Source: a virus (Duplodnaviria > Caudoviricetes). Taken from it: a stretch of DNA of 55,349 nt. The position numbers and the translations under genes were made by a program. The stretch spans positions 1-55,349 of IMG/VR virus record IMGVR_UViG_3300034025_000046; one strand, given 5' to 3'. Under the pieces are notes generated by a model that ran no database searches, had not been told where the DNA came from, and worked only from the letters and a program-made list of their open reading frames with translations. Positions 1 through 7,742 of the stretch are shown here, piece by piece (positions within the stretch are counted from its first letter, which is position 1; each line of letters opens with the position of its first letter).

Positions 1-126
1 GGGGGGTCAGGCGATCGCCTGGAGCGCGGTCAGCGTGCTTCGGGCCAGACGCTCCCCGATCTGGCGCGCGCCATAGACCCCGCCGGGGTGGACGTTGTCG
101 GCCCCGATCACGCCCGTGCCCGGAGC
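1..126 (+). repeat. Terminal direct repeat, copy 1 (identical to 55219-55344); circular assembly overlap
   Basis: Bases 1-126 match 55219-55344 exactly; only 5 unmatched nt follow. Confidence 0.95.
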
Positions 127-1302
127 GCTCTCATAGAGCGTGTTGTCGAGCCAGAGGCAGCGCGGGCTTCCCGCAGCGGCGGCCAAGAACCCGGCCTTCT
201 GCGCCGCTACGCGCGCGGCCGGTGCGGCGGCGGACGATGAGAACTGGCGAGGCAGGCCGACGATGATCGCGTTGGGCTGAGCGACCATGAGCCCCGCCGT
301 GGCGCTCTGCATCCCGGCCTGGAGTTGGGCGTCGGTTACGACGGCGACGGTGCCGGTCGGGTAGAGGGTCAGAGAGTCGTCGTTCACCGAGCCTTGGAGC
401 ACGGCGAGATCCTGGCTCCCGATGCGTGAGGCGTCCATGTCGCCCGCCGCGATGCGCGCGCCGAAGGTCAGATAGTTGTTCGCCGCATTGGTGGCGAACA
501 GGCCCGTCGAGCCGACGCCGTTCACGGTCGGGATGTTGGCGCCGAGCATGGCGGCGAACCAGTCCACGACGGACAGGCGAAGATTCAGCGTGCCGTCGTT
601 CATCGAACCTTCCGCGAAGCTGTCGCCCACCCAGGCGATCTTCGGCTGTTGCGAGAGGTCGGCAGGCCAGATGCTATAGCCGGTCGGGACGTTGATGCCG
701 CCGAAGTTGCCCGACAGCCCGATGTAGATCTCGACCAGCCGACCGGATGCGGCGGTGCTGCCGAAGTCTAGCTTGTAGTAGTTCAGGTTTGAGTAGGCCT
801 GCGGCCGGTCACTAGCTTGGATCCGCGCCCGGGTCCCGTCCGGCTGGGTGACGTAGGCGATCCAGCGCGCGCCGTTGCACCGGAGCGCGAAGTCGACCGT
901 CTGAGCGTCCGTGTAGAATGCGATGCCGGACGAGTGCCCCTGGATGCGCGCGCCGGATACCCGGGTGATCGTCTGGATGCGGCCACCCGAGAGCGGGCCG
1001 CCATAGACCGTCACGCGGGTTGCATCGGTCGGCTGATAGACCCCGCCCGTCGCCGCATTCTGGCCGGTCTGAACCGTCGAGTTCGCGCCGTCCGTGAGCG
1101 GGTCTGTGATGGTGGGCGGGGATGCCATCACGGCGGAGATGTCGCCAAGCGGGCGCTGCGCTGCCGTCAGGAGCTTGCGGGCGATAGCGTTGGGTTGGCC
1201 GGACTTCGTGAAGCTGGCCAGGAGGTCAGCGACGCTGATCTGGTCGGCTCCCGCGCCAGCATAATAGGCCGGCTGAACAGAGATGATGCGAGTGTCGGCC
1301 AT
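7..1302 (-). CDS. SGNH/GDSL esterase-domain protein, probable virion/tail-associated enzyme
   Basis: Block I IAWVGDSF, block II G (GVGSTG), block III GSVND, block V DNVHP; lies at the end of the tail cluster. Confidence 0.75.
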   Translation of the reverse strand: MADTRIISVQPAYYAGAGADQISVADLLASFTKSGQPNAIARKLLTAAQRPLGDISAVMASPPTITDPLTDGANSTVQTGQNAATGGVYQPTDATRVTVYGGPLSGGRIQTITRVSGARIQGHSSGIAFYTDAQTVDFALRCNGARWIAYVTQPDGTRARIQASDRPQAYSNLNYYKLDFGSTAASGRLVEIYIGLSGNFGGINVPTGYSIWPADLSQQPKIAWVGDSFAEGSMNDGTLNLRLSVVDWFAAMLGANIPTVNGVGSTGLFATNAANNYLTFGARIAAGDMDASRIGSQDLAVLQGSVNDDSLTLYPTGTVAVVTDAQLQAGMQSATAGLMVAQPNAIIVGLPRQFSSSAAAPAARVAAQKAGFLAAAAGSPRCLWLDNTLYESAPGTGVIGADNVHPGGVYGARQIGERLARSTLTALQAIA

Positions 1303-1320
1303 GCCGGGTCCTTTCGGGGC

Positions 1321-1347
1321 AAAGAAAAAGCCCGCTCAGAGGCGGGC
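1321..1347 (-). terminator. Intrinsic terminator-like hairpin
   Basis: GCCCGC/GCGGGC stem followed by TTTTTCTTT on the minus strand. Confidence 0.6.
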
Positions 1348-1375
1348 CAGGCGAATGGAATGCGAGCTGGCGATC

Positions 1376-1888
1376 TCACCGCCCGAAGGCGTAGACCTTG
1401 CACGGGATGCTGTAGCTGGCGCCGATGGCGAGGGCGGGAACGCTGAGAACGACCTTCAACGTGCCGGCAGGCGAGACGTAGGCGGTGTGGATCGCATAGC
1501 CCGCAGGGAACGATGCGGGAGCGGTCGGGAAGATCAGGATGTTGTCCGTGGTCAGCGAGCCGGCCAGGGGGACGGAGACGGTCCGAAGCCCAGCTGATAC
1601 CGCGAGAAGGAGATTTTCCGCCAGCGTGACGGTGCCGATGAGGGTGGCCCCGGACGGGCCGACCGGACCAGTCGGACCAGTAGGGCCGGTAAGGCCAGTA
1701 GGGCCGGTATCTCCCTTGCCGCCGGTATCTCCCTTGGGGCCTTGGATGCCGACGCCCGCCGCTCCGGTGTCACCCTTCGGACCCTGGATTCCAGGGCCGC
1801 CAGTGGGGCCGATCTGGCCTGGTTGACCCTGGGGGCCGGGCGGCCCGATTTTGCCGCGAGGCCCGATCCCCATGCTGCGGACGGACAT
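1376..1888 (-). CDS. Collagen-like (Gly-X-Y) repeat protein, probable fibre/minor tail protein
   Basis: Long G-X-Y run ([22 protein letters not shown]...) followed by a small beta-rich C-terminal domain. Confidence 0.8.
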   Translation of the reverse strand: MSVRSMGIGPRGKIGPPGPQGQPGQIGPTGGPGIQGPKGDTGAAGVGIQGPKGDTGGKGDTGPTGLTGPTGPTGPVGPSGATLIGTVTLAENLLLAVSAGLRTVSVPLAGSLTTDNILIFPTAPASFPAGYAIHTAYVSPAGTLKVVLSVPALAIGASYSIPCKVYAFGR

Positions 1889-2253
1889 TACATGCCCTCC
1901 CCGTAGGAGACTTCAAGCGGATACAGCGTGATCGGCGTCCCATCGTCCCGGGTCAGCGGAAATCCCTCGCGGGCAACGGCAAGCGCGCTCATCCAGATCG
2001 GGTTCTGCGTGGCGAACACGCTCGCGAAACTCGGGCCGAAACACCAGCCCTTGCCTTCCTCGACGGCCGTGAAAGTCGCCCCTGACCCGCTCGTCCCCAT
2101 AAGCCGGACGTGGCAAAGGTTTGAGTTCGACACGTAGAACGAGGTCGCCGCGCCTGGGATGAAGCCGGGCGGGACTTCAAGCTTGGACCCAACCGTCCCC
2201 GCTACCACAGGCACGAGCAACGGGTTCGTCAGACGACGAAAAGCACCGGCCAT
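1888..2253 (-). CDS. Hypothetical virion-associated protein
   Basis: RBS AGGAGG; stop overlaps the next start (TAATG); in the tail operon. Confidence 0.65.
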   Translation of the reverse strand: MAGAFRRLTNPLLVPVVAGTVGSKLEVPPGFIPGAATSFYVSNSNLCHVRLMGTSGSGATFTAVEEGKGWCFGPSFASVFATQNPIWMSALAVAREGFPLTRDDGTPITLYPLEVSYGEGM

Positions 2254-2275
2254 GGCGGCCTCCTATGCTAGAGAG

Positions 2276-2674
2276 TTAAGCCGCGCTGAGGAGGCCGATC
2301 GTGCCCGTGCCAGAGGCGACGATGCCGAAGGTGGCACCCGTCCACGTCACCGGGACCTGTGCCCCGACCGGGACAGGATAGCCGGTTGCGGCCGTCACCG
2401 CGTTCGTTGGGCCGATGAACACCGTCACCGTGCCGGCATTCGACAGGACCCGAGCATTGGAGCCCGCCGCATTGATCTGTGTCGCGGTCGTGGTGATCGG
2501 CACCTGAGAGCCGGCGAAGGATGCGCTCTGAGCCTGTTGGGTCGTCGTCGGGTTGGTGGATGTGCCTTGGGGGTTCCCGCCCGTATACATCGCCACCGGC
2601 AACGGGTTTGCGTCCCCGGTCTCACGCAAGCCTAGTGCGGAGTTGGTCCAGCTTATTGCGGTGACAGCCATCAA
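2276..2674 (-). CDS. Hypothetical beta-rich structural protein
   Basis: Thr/Gly/Ala-rich; co-oriented in the tail cluster. Confidence 0.65.
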   Translation of the reverse strand: MMAVTAISWTNSALGLRETGDANPLPVAMYTGGNPQGTSTNPTTTQQAQSASFAGSQVPITTTATQINAAGSNARVLSNAGTVTVFIGPTNAVTAATGYPVPVGAQVPVTWTGATFGIVASGTGTIGLLSAA

Positions 2675-2709
2675 GGCGTCCTTTCGATCAAGGGGAAGAG
2701 CAACGAGAT

Positions 2710-3906
2710 TCAGGCCGCGAGTTGTGCCTCGATCGTCGACAGCCGGGACTCAAAACCACGCGCCACAAAGAGCAACAGCTCGTCGACGCGGAAGCTGTAG
2801 CGGTTCCCCGCCGCCAGCCCCGACGTGGCCGCGTATCCAGGCACCGCCGGCCGGAATGCGACCTCTGGTGTCACCACCACGCCGTCATCATCGACGATAG
2901 CCGGTTGGTACGGGATCTCGGGCTGATCCGGAATCGCCGGCGTGGGCGCGACGGCGTCCCATTCGTCGAAGCAAATGAACCCATAGGCCATCGGATCCAG
3001 GCCGTGCGCGACCATGATGGCGATTGCACGCTGCACCGTCATCCCGACGTGCAGCCGTGCACCGGCGCCTTTGAAGGCGACCGAGGCGCGGAACTTGTAC
3101 ACGCCGATCTCGCGCAGAAGCGCGCCGGCCGCCGCGATCTCGGCAGGGGTGAGCAGCGGCACGAAGGTGTCGGCAAGGTCGACGCCAGCCCGGTCCGCCT
3201 TCTCCCGAGCGTCAGACGTGCTCACGACGCCGCTGGCCGCGAAGATGTTGGCGAACCGGCCTGATCCCCACCCGAGATTGAGGAGGCCGTCGTTCGTCGG
3301 CCGGAAGTCTACCACGTTCATGTTGTAGTACGGCAGGCCGGCGAACCCGAAGAAAATCCCTCCCGAGTCATTGCGGATGCGAAGCGTGCCGGCGGAAAGC
3401 CCCCCGAATAGGCTAGTTGTACCGATGCCGCTGTAGTTGGTCGAGAAGATCACTTCTGTCGTTGTAAGACTGTTGCCGAAGGTTGCAGACGAGTTAACCT
3501 GAAGCGGCCCGTTCATCGTGGCGCCACCCGTAGTACCACCCGATCCGAATGTTGCCGTCCCCGCGTTTACGACGCCTGCCGTCGCGGTGCCCGTGACGTT
3601 CAGGTTCCCAGACGTGCCGATCGTGCGGGATTCGCCCGACGCCTTGATGTAGCGGCCGTCCCCTGTGGATTGGTTCAATGCGTCCTGCGGATCCGTCGCG
3701 GTGGCCAGCCCGGTGATCTTGCGCCCATTAAACGGGATGTCTGAGATCACCGTTGATTGGCCATCCCGGCAAATCGCCATGGATAGGGCGGTCGCAATGC
3801 CGTCCATCTCGGTATCCACGCGGTCCGCGAGGATCTTGATGCCGTTGATCCGGTCCGTCACCCAATTATAGACGCGGGTGAACGTGCCTGCTCCGTTGAA
3901 AGGCAT
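2710..3906 (-). CDS. Tail fibre/spike with C-terminal peptidase S74 (intramolecular chaperone) domain
   Basis: N-terminal virion-attachment region MPFNGAGTFTRVYNWVTD; TSDAREK autocleavage motif; ends YSFRVDELLLFVARGFESRLSTIE. Confidence 0.85.
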   Translation of the reverse strand: MPFNGAGTFTRVYNWVTDRINGIKILADRVDTEMDGIATALSMAICRDGQSTVISDIPFNGRKITGLATATDPQDALNQSTGDGRYIKASGESRTIGTSGNLNVTGTATAGVVNAGTATFGSGGTTGGATMNGPLQVNSSATFGNSLTTTEVIFSTNYSGIGTTSLFGGLSAGTLRIRNDSGGIFFGFAGLPYYNMNVVDFRPTNDGLLNLGWGSGRFANIFAASGVVSTSDAREKADRAGVDLADTFVPLLTPAEIAAAGALLREIGVYKFRASVAFKGAGARLHVGMTVQRAIAIMVAHGLDPMAYGFICFDEWDAVAPTPAIPDQPEIPYQPAIVDDDGVVVTPEVAFRPAVPGYAATSGLAAGNRYSFRVDELLLFVARGFESRLSTIEAQLAA

Positions 3907-3920
3907 GCCGTGTCCTCAAT

Positions 3921-3949
3921 GAAAAAGGGCGGCCCGTAAGAGCCGCCCC
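3921..3949 (-). terminator. Intrinsic terminator-like hairpin
   Basis: GGGCGGC/GCCGCCC stem plus TTTTTC. Confidence 0.6.
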
Positions 3950-3971
3950 GTGTTGGTTCAGTGCCCTTCGG

Positions 3972-4355
3972 TTAGGGCGCTAGTAGCTGTCGTGCCGCAG
4001 CGAAGATGCCTTTGATCTGGTCCTCGAACGGCGCCTCGATGAAGAGGTGCTGACGTTCCTCGAACAGGTCCATCATGGCGATGAGCCCGGCCGCCGTGGT
4101 CGGCTTCGCCGCGCACACCGCCGACATGCGCTGTTCCCATTCCTTGTCGGTCGTTTCCCAGGCTGCATCGTCCTGTTCGGACAGGCCACCGATCCGGTCC
4201 CACACCGCCTTTTCGCGCCGGATGAGGCCCCATACGGGGTCCAGAGCCTCGGGGGACAGCATGTGTGTCGCGGCAATGGCGGCGGCGGGTGCCGTGAGCA
4301 GAAGATTACGGCGTGACGTGTTTGTGGTAGTGGCGGTCTCAGCCATCTTGATCAC
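3972..4355 (-). CDS. Hypothetical protein with a twin-arginine-like N-terminus
   Basis: SRRNLLLTAPAAAIAA; true start may be the ATG at 4346. Confidence 0.6.
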   Translation of the reverse strand: MIKMAETATTTNTSRRNLLLTAPAAAIAATHMLSPEALDPVWGLIRREKAVWDRIGGLSEQDDAAWETTDKEWEQRMSAVCAAKPTTAAGLIAMMDLFEERQHLFIEAPFEDQIKGIFAAARQLLAP

Positions 4356-4418
4356 TCCTGATGATCGTGGGTGGTTAGAGCCGGGAGGGAGGGGCCAACC
4401 TCGCTCCCGGCTTGCGTT

Positions 4419-4841
4419 TTAGAGTTTCGCGTCGCGCAGGAATGCCCCGCCGGGATTGTGGAACGCGTGCATCAAGTCGTCGAAGCTCATAGGAGCCTTG
4501 TCGGCGGAGAATTTGCCAAGAGCAAAACAATACTCTTGGTGCGCTGGTCCAGACTCTTCCTCGTCGACGTACCCATTGAAATGGTCAATCATGCCGACAA
4601 GCCCTTGCGCCATGGCATGGCAGACTATGATTGCGATCCGGTCACCGTTTCGAGCGGTCGCATAGGATCGATGATCTCCACCAAATTTTCGTGTCATCTC
4701 GACAATGCGCTTGGCGGCTTGGCGAGGTAGAAACGCTTTCGCCAGTTGTTCAACATCGACCCACGGAAAATCCGGCTCTTCATGCGGCGGCTTAAACACC
4801 GACACCTGCTTACCGTTGACGGTGATCTCGCCCAGTTTCAC
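4419..4841 (-). CDS. Hypothetical protein, possibly Bro-N/antirepressor-like
   Basis: GTG start overlaps the P63C stop (GTGA); N-terminus ITVNGKQVSVF...PWVDVEQLAKA resembles Bro-N. Confidence 0.55.
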   Translation of the reverse strand: MKLGEITVNGKQVSVFKPPHEEPDFPWVDVEQLAKAFLPRQAAKRIVEMTRKFGGDHRSYATARNGDRIAIIVCHAMAQGLVGMIDHFNGYVDEEESGPAHQEYCFALGKFSADKAPMSFDDLMHAFHNPGGAFLRDAKL

Positions 4842-5725
4842 GGGACACCTCCCGTACGAGGGTAGACCATACCGACCTGTTGACCTGGACGGTAAAACGC
4901 AACGGAGCATCGCGCTTCGAAGTCGCGATAATCAGTCGAAGACCTCGCGATCATCATCACAGCATCGCGCTGCTTTTCGAGCAATTTGAGGCCGCCGTCT
5001 TTCGTAAGCCATTGATGGGCCTTTTCACGGCCCTGGCGCGACTTAACCTCAGATATGATCTCAGGAGGGAATACCGAGAGGTAGACCTGATCCTGCGTGA
5101 TCTTGCCGATGATGGACGGGAGAGGACGATGTCGGTCGCCATACTGGAAGCCGAACAGCTTGCAGAGCGCCTTGTAATAGTCGGGGTGGAACCTCTTTTC
5201 CCAATCCGAGGCCGTCTTCCTGATCAGCTTGGAGAACAGGTCTTGAAGCGCATCCGGGGCACGATGGTGCTGATATCCCGTCGCCTCATCGATAAGCGCG
5301 ACCTCACCGGTCTCCGCGAGGGCATCCATGATGGCCATACACGGCTCGACCATGTGCTTGCGGTTCGCGCGAAGTTTTCCGGTAAGCGCCGATCGCACGA
5401 CCCCACCCGCGACCTGCGTGAGAATGCCAGCCTCGACCCACATGGCCGTGCCGCCATGGGGCATCACGACCTCAAAGCGGGAACCCGATTTCGTGAACGT
5501 CTGCAACGCCTTAACGGACGTTTCGGCGCAGAAACGCTCGAAAGCGGGAACCGGAATGTTTCGAGTCATCCCGATGGCGGCCCGCAAGCCCCGCAAAATG
5601 AACCCGCGACGGCCATCATCCAGAACGGCACACTCGACCCCGTCTTTGCTGAAGCCATGATACGCGACACGTGGCCGATCAGGCTTGTTTCCGTCCGGTG
5701 GACGGGGCATCTGAGTTTTCGACAT
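4838..5725 (-). CDS. P63C-domain protein (antirepressor-like)
   Basis: ALIDEATGYQ..R..DALQ...WEKRF..DYY signature of P63C. Confidence 0.85.
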   Translation of the reverse strand: MSKTQMPRPPDGNKPDRPRVAYHGFSKDGVECAVLDDGRRGFILRGLRAAIGMTRNIPVPAFERFCAETSVKALQTFTKSGSRFEVVMPHGGTAMWVEAGILTQVAGGVVRSALTGKLRANRKHMVEPCMAIMDALAETGEVALIDEATGYQHHRAPDALQDLFSKLIRKTASDWEKRFHPDYYKALCKLFGFQYGDRHRPLPSIIGKITQDQVYLSVFPPEIISEVKSRQGREKAHQWLTKDGGLKLLEKQRDAVMMIARSSTDYRDFEARCSVAFYRPGQQVGMVYPRTGGVP

Positions 5726-5736
5726 CTGCGCTAGTC

Positions 5737-5991
5737 CTAGCTGGCGTGGGTGGATGCGCCGCCCTGCAAGGCGGTCGCGTTCGGGACGGTGGCGGGTTTC
5801 GCCTGCAAGCTTTCGCCCGCCACCGTCGTCCCCTGGGAGAAGCCCAGGGCGTGAGCGAGGATCAGGACGATCTCGCTGTTCATCGATCTCATGTTCGCCT
5901 TGGCGCGAGAGGCAATCGCCTCACGCATTCCCTCTGGTACCCGCACCAAGAATTTGGGCGCGAGATCGCTTGGATATTCACGTCGGCCCAT
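5737..5991 (-). CDS. arc: Arc family ribbon-helix-helix repressor
   Basis: KFLVRVPEGMREAIASRAKANMRSMNSEIV; RBS AGGAG before the ATG at 5991. Confidence 0.88.
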   Translation of the reverse strand: MGRREYPSDLAPKFLVRVPEGMREAIASRAKANMRSMNSEIVLILAHALGFSQGTTVAGESLQAKPATVPNATALQGGASTHAS

Positions 5992-5998
5992 CGGCGCT

Positions 5999-6075
5999 CC
6001 TACATGGCAAACCGCCACGTAGGCTGTCTACATGGCAACCCGCCAGCATGTCAAGCGACATGGCGGTTTGCTATG
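5999..6075. promoter_or_regulatory. Divergent promoter region with three related operators (CATGGC-N5-GCCAYG-like)
   Basis: CCTACATGGCAAACCGCCACGTAGG (5999-6023), TACATGGCAACCCGCCAG (from 6029), inverted ACATGGCGGTTTGCTATG (6058-6075); minus-strand TTGACA at 6054-6049. Confidence 0.75.
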
Positions 6076-6082
6076 AGGGCGC

Positions 6083-6415
6083 GTGACCAAACATCGATCC
6101 GAATATCCGAGCGAGCAGGCCGACAAATTCGTAGTCCGCCTCCCGGACGGCATGCGCGACCGCATCGCGAAGGCCGCAAAAGAGAACGGCCGGAGCATGA
6201 ACGCCGAAATCGTCGCCACCCTTGAGGGGTATTATCCGCCTGAGCCGGCCGTTCCCGAGATCCTTGAGCAGATCGATACGTTCATTGGATGGGCGAAGAA
6301 CGAGGATTTTCCCTTCGTAAGAGCTGACGGCCGCCGCAGCCTCATCGACGCCTTGAAGGAGCTACAGGCTTCCCTCTCGAAGGAACTTCCCGACCCCGAC
6401 TCGACAGGCTCCTAG
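6083..6415 (+). CDS. Arc/Mnt family repressor with C-terminal extension
   Basis: [35 protein letters not shown]; divergent from the other arc gene, as in the P22 immI region. Confidence 0.88.
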   Translation: MTKHRSEYPSEQADKFVVRLPDGMRDRIAKAAKENGRSMNAEIVATLEGYYPPEPAVPEILEQIDTFIGWAKNEDFPFVRADGRRSLIDALKELQASLSKELPDPDSTGS

Positions 6416-6517
6416 CGTCCGCGCCAAAGGGTCAGCTTGTTGGAAACGTCCACCTGCTATTAGGTTGCCCTGCGGCAGGCGCGACGGCGCCTCCTTGTCC
6501 AAGAAAGGACCGTCCGA

Positions 6518-6829
6518 ATGACGCGCAGCTTGCTCTGCGTGATCGAAGGCAGGGGCTCCCAATGGGAAGCGATCTGCCTCGATCTTGATATCGCCGTCGC
6601 GAGCGACAGCCTCGACGGCGTGATGCACGACCTGGAAAAGGCCGTATCCATGTATGTTGAAGCCGCTCAGAGGGAGGCCCCGGCCGACCGAGACCGCCTT
6701 CTGTCGCGCGCTGCACCTCTGCACCTTCGCGTCACGACCGTTTGCCGTTTCCTCCTCAGCCTGATCCGAGGCCATTTCAGCCGCAACGGTGAAGGGGGCG
6801 GCAGCTTCCTGCTTCCGTGCCGCGCCTAA
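6518..6829 (+). CDS. hicB: HicB-like antitoxin (RNase H-like fold, no obvious DNA-binding domain)
   Basis: WEAICLDLDIAVASDSLDGVMHDLEKAVSMY; overlaps a HicA gene. Confidence 0.7.
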   Translation: MTRSLLCVIEGRGSQWEAICLDLDIAVASDSLDGVMHDLEKAVSMYVEAAQREAPADRDRLLSRAAPLHLRVTTVCRFLLSLIRGHFSRNGEGGGSFLLPCRA

Positions 6830-7047
6830 GCTGCACCTACACCGACTTCATCGCGATCATCGAAAGCCATGGCTTCGTCCTGGTCCGCCATGATGGAACC
6901 AGTCACCGCATGTTCCGAGGCGTGGTCGGCGGCTCAGTCCGACTGGTTCCCGTGTCCGCTCATCGCTTGGGCGACGACATCCCAATCGGCACGCTGCAAA
7001 GCATGGTTCGGCAATCCGGCCTGAGCAAGGCGCTGTTCCGGAAGTAG
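6817..7047 (+). CDS. hicA: HicA family mRNA interferase toxin
   Basis: GFVLVRHDGTSHRMF...VPVSAH...DIPIGTLQSMVRQSGL. Confidence 0.85.
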   Translation: MPRLSCTYTDFIAIIESHGFVLVRHDGTSHRMFRGVVGGSVRLVPVSAHRLGDDIPIGTLQSMVRQSGLSKALFRK

Positions 7048-7120
7048 GGGAGCTAGACCCTACAAACATACCACTCTTAGTGCCGTAGCCGGCGATCTAA
7101 TATGTTCTCCGAATGAACAC

Positions 7121-7450
7121 CTAAACGCGTCTGTCGATCGGAAAAATACCTGGATCAAATTTCACTATTCTGATTTCTAAGATTTCTGTTTTAATCTCCG
7201 CCAATCTCGACCAAGTCCTCGCCATTATGCGCCTTACGATTTCCTCGTTCGCATCTGAGATGGGTGGCCTAGGATCGATATCAATCTCAATGATAAGAAT
7301 AGACGTGATAGGCTTCGTCTTCACGCATATCCAGAGGCGACGCACACCATCAATAGGCCCGATCGCGCTCCACAACTTTTGTTCGACATCTTTGATTTTC
7401 GCGAACGTCCACTCTTCACCCATTTGATCCCCGACCGTCTTTGTTGACAA
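7121..7450 (-). CDS. AT-rich hypothetical protein (moron)
   Basis: Open frame in a visibly AT-rich island; start uncertain. Confidence 0.5.
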   Translation of the reverse strand: MSTKTVGDQMGEEWTFAKIKDVEQKLWSAIGPIDGVRRLWICVKTKPITSILIIEIDIDPRPPISDANEEIVRRIMARTWSRLAEIKTEILEIRIVKFDPGIFPIDRRV

Positions 7451-7520
7451 GAAGGTACATGCCGAGGCTTCAGGCCGGCAAGGGCTTTCGGCGGGTCGGG
7501 GCAGCGCCTATGTTCTAAGG

Positions 7521-7742
7521 ATGTCGTTCGCCACCGCCAAGGTCGTCTACGTGGTCACCTGCCTCGCGCTGTTCACGCTGGTGATGGGGGCCATTGCATA
7601 TTTCGTCGTCCGGCCGATGCAGGAATGGCTTGGGCCTTGGTTTGAAGCGAACCCGTTAATGACTTTTGTTGGGGTAGGCGCATTGGTCCCGATCTGGCTC
7701 GGCACCTATTGGTGGCTAAGGAAAACCGGTCGAGCAACCTAG
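7521..7742 (+). CDS. Small two-TM membrane protein (possible superinfection exclusion)
   Basis: Two hydrophobic segments; antisense to the late operon, next to the ejection genes. Confidence 0.6.
   Translation: MSFATAKVVYVVTCLALFTLVMGAIAYFVVRPMQEWLGPWFEANPLMTFVGVGALVPIWLGTYWWLRKTGRAT

Noticed and set aside
2710-3906. Diversity-generating retroelement targeting the tail fibre
   Set aside because: No reverse transcriptase ORF and no TR/VR pair seen
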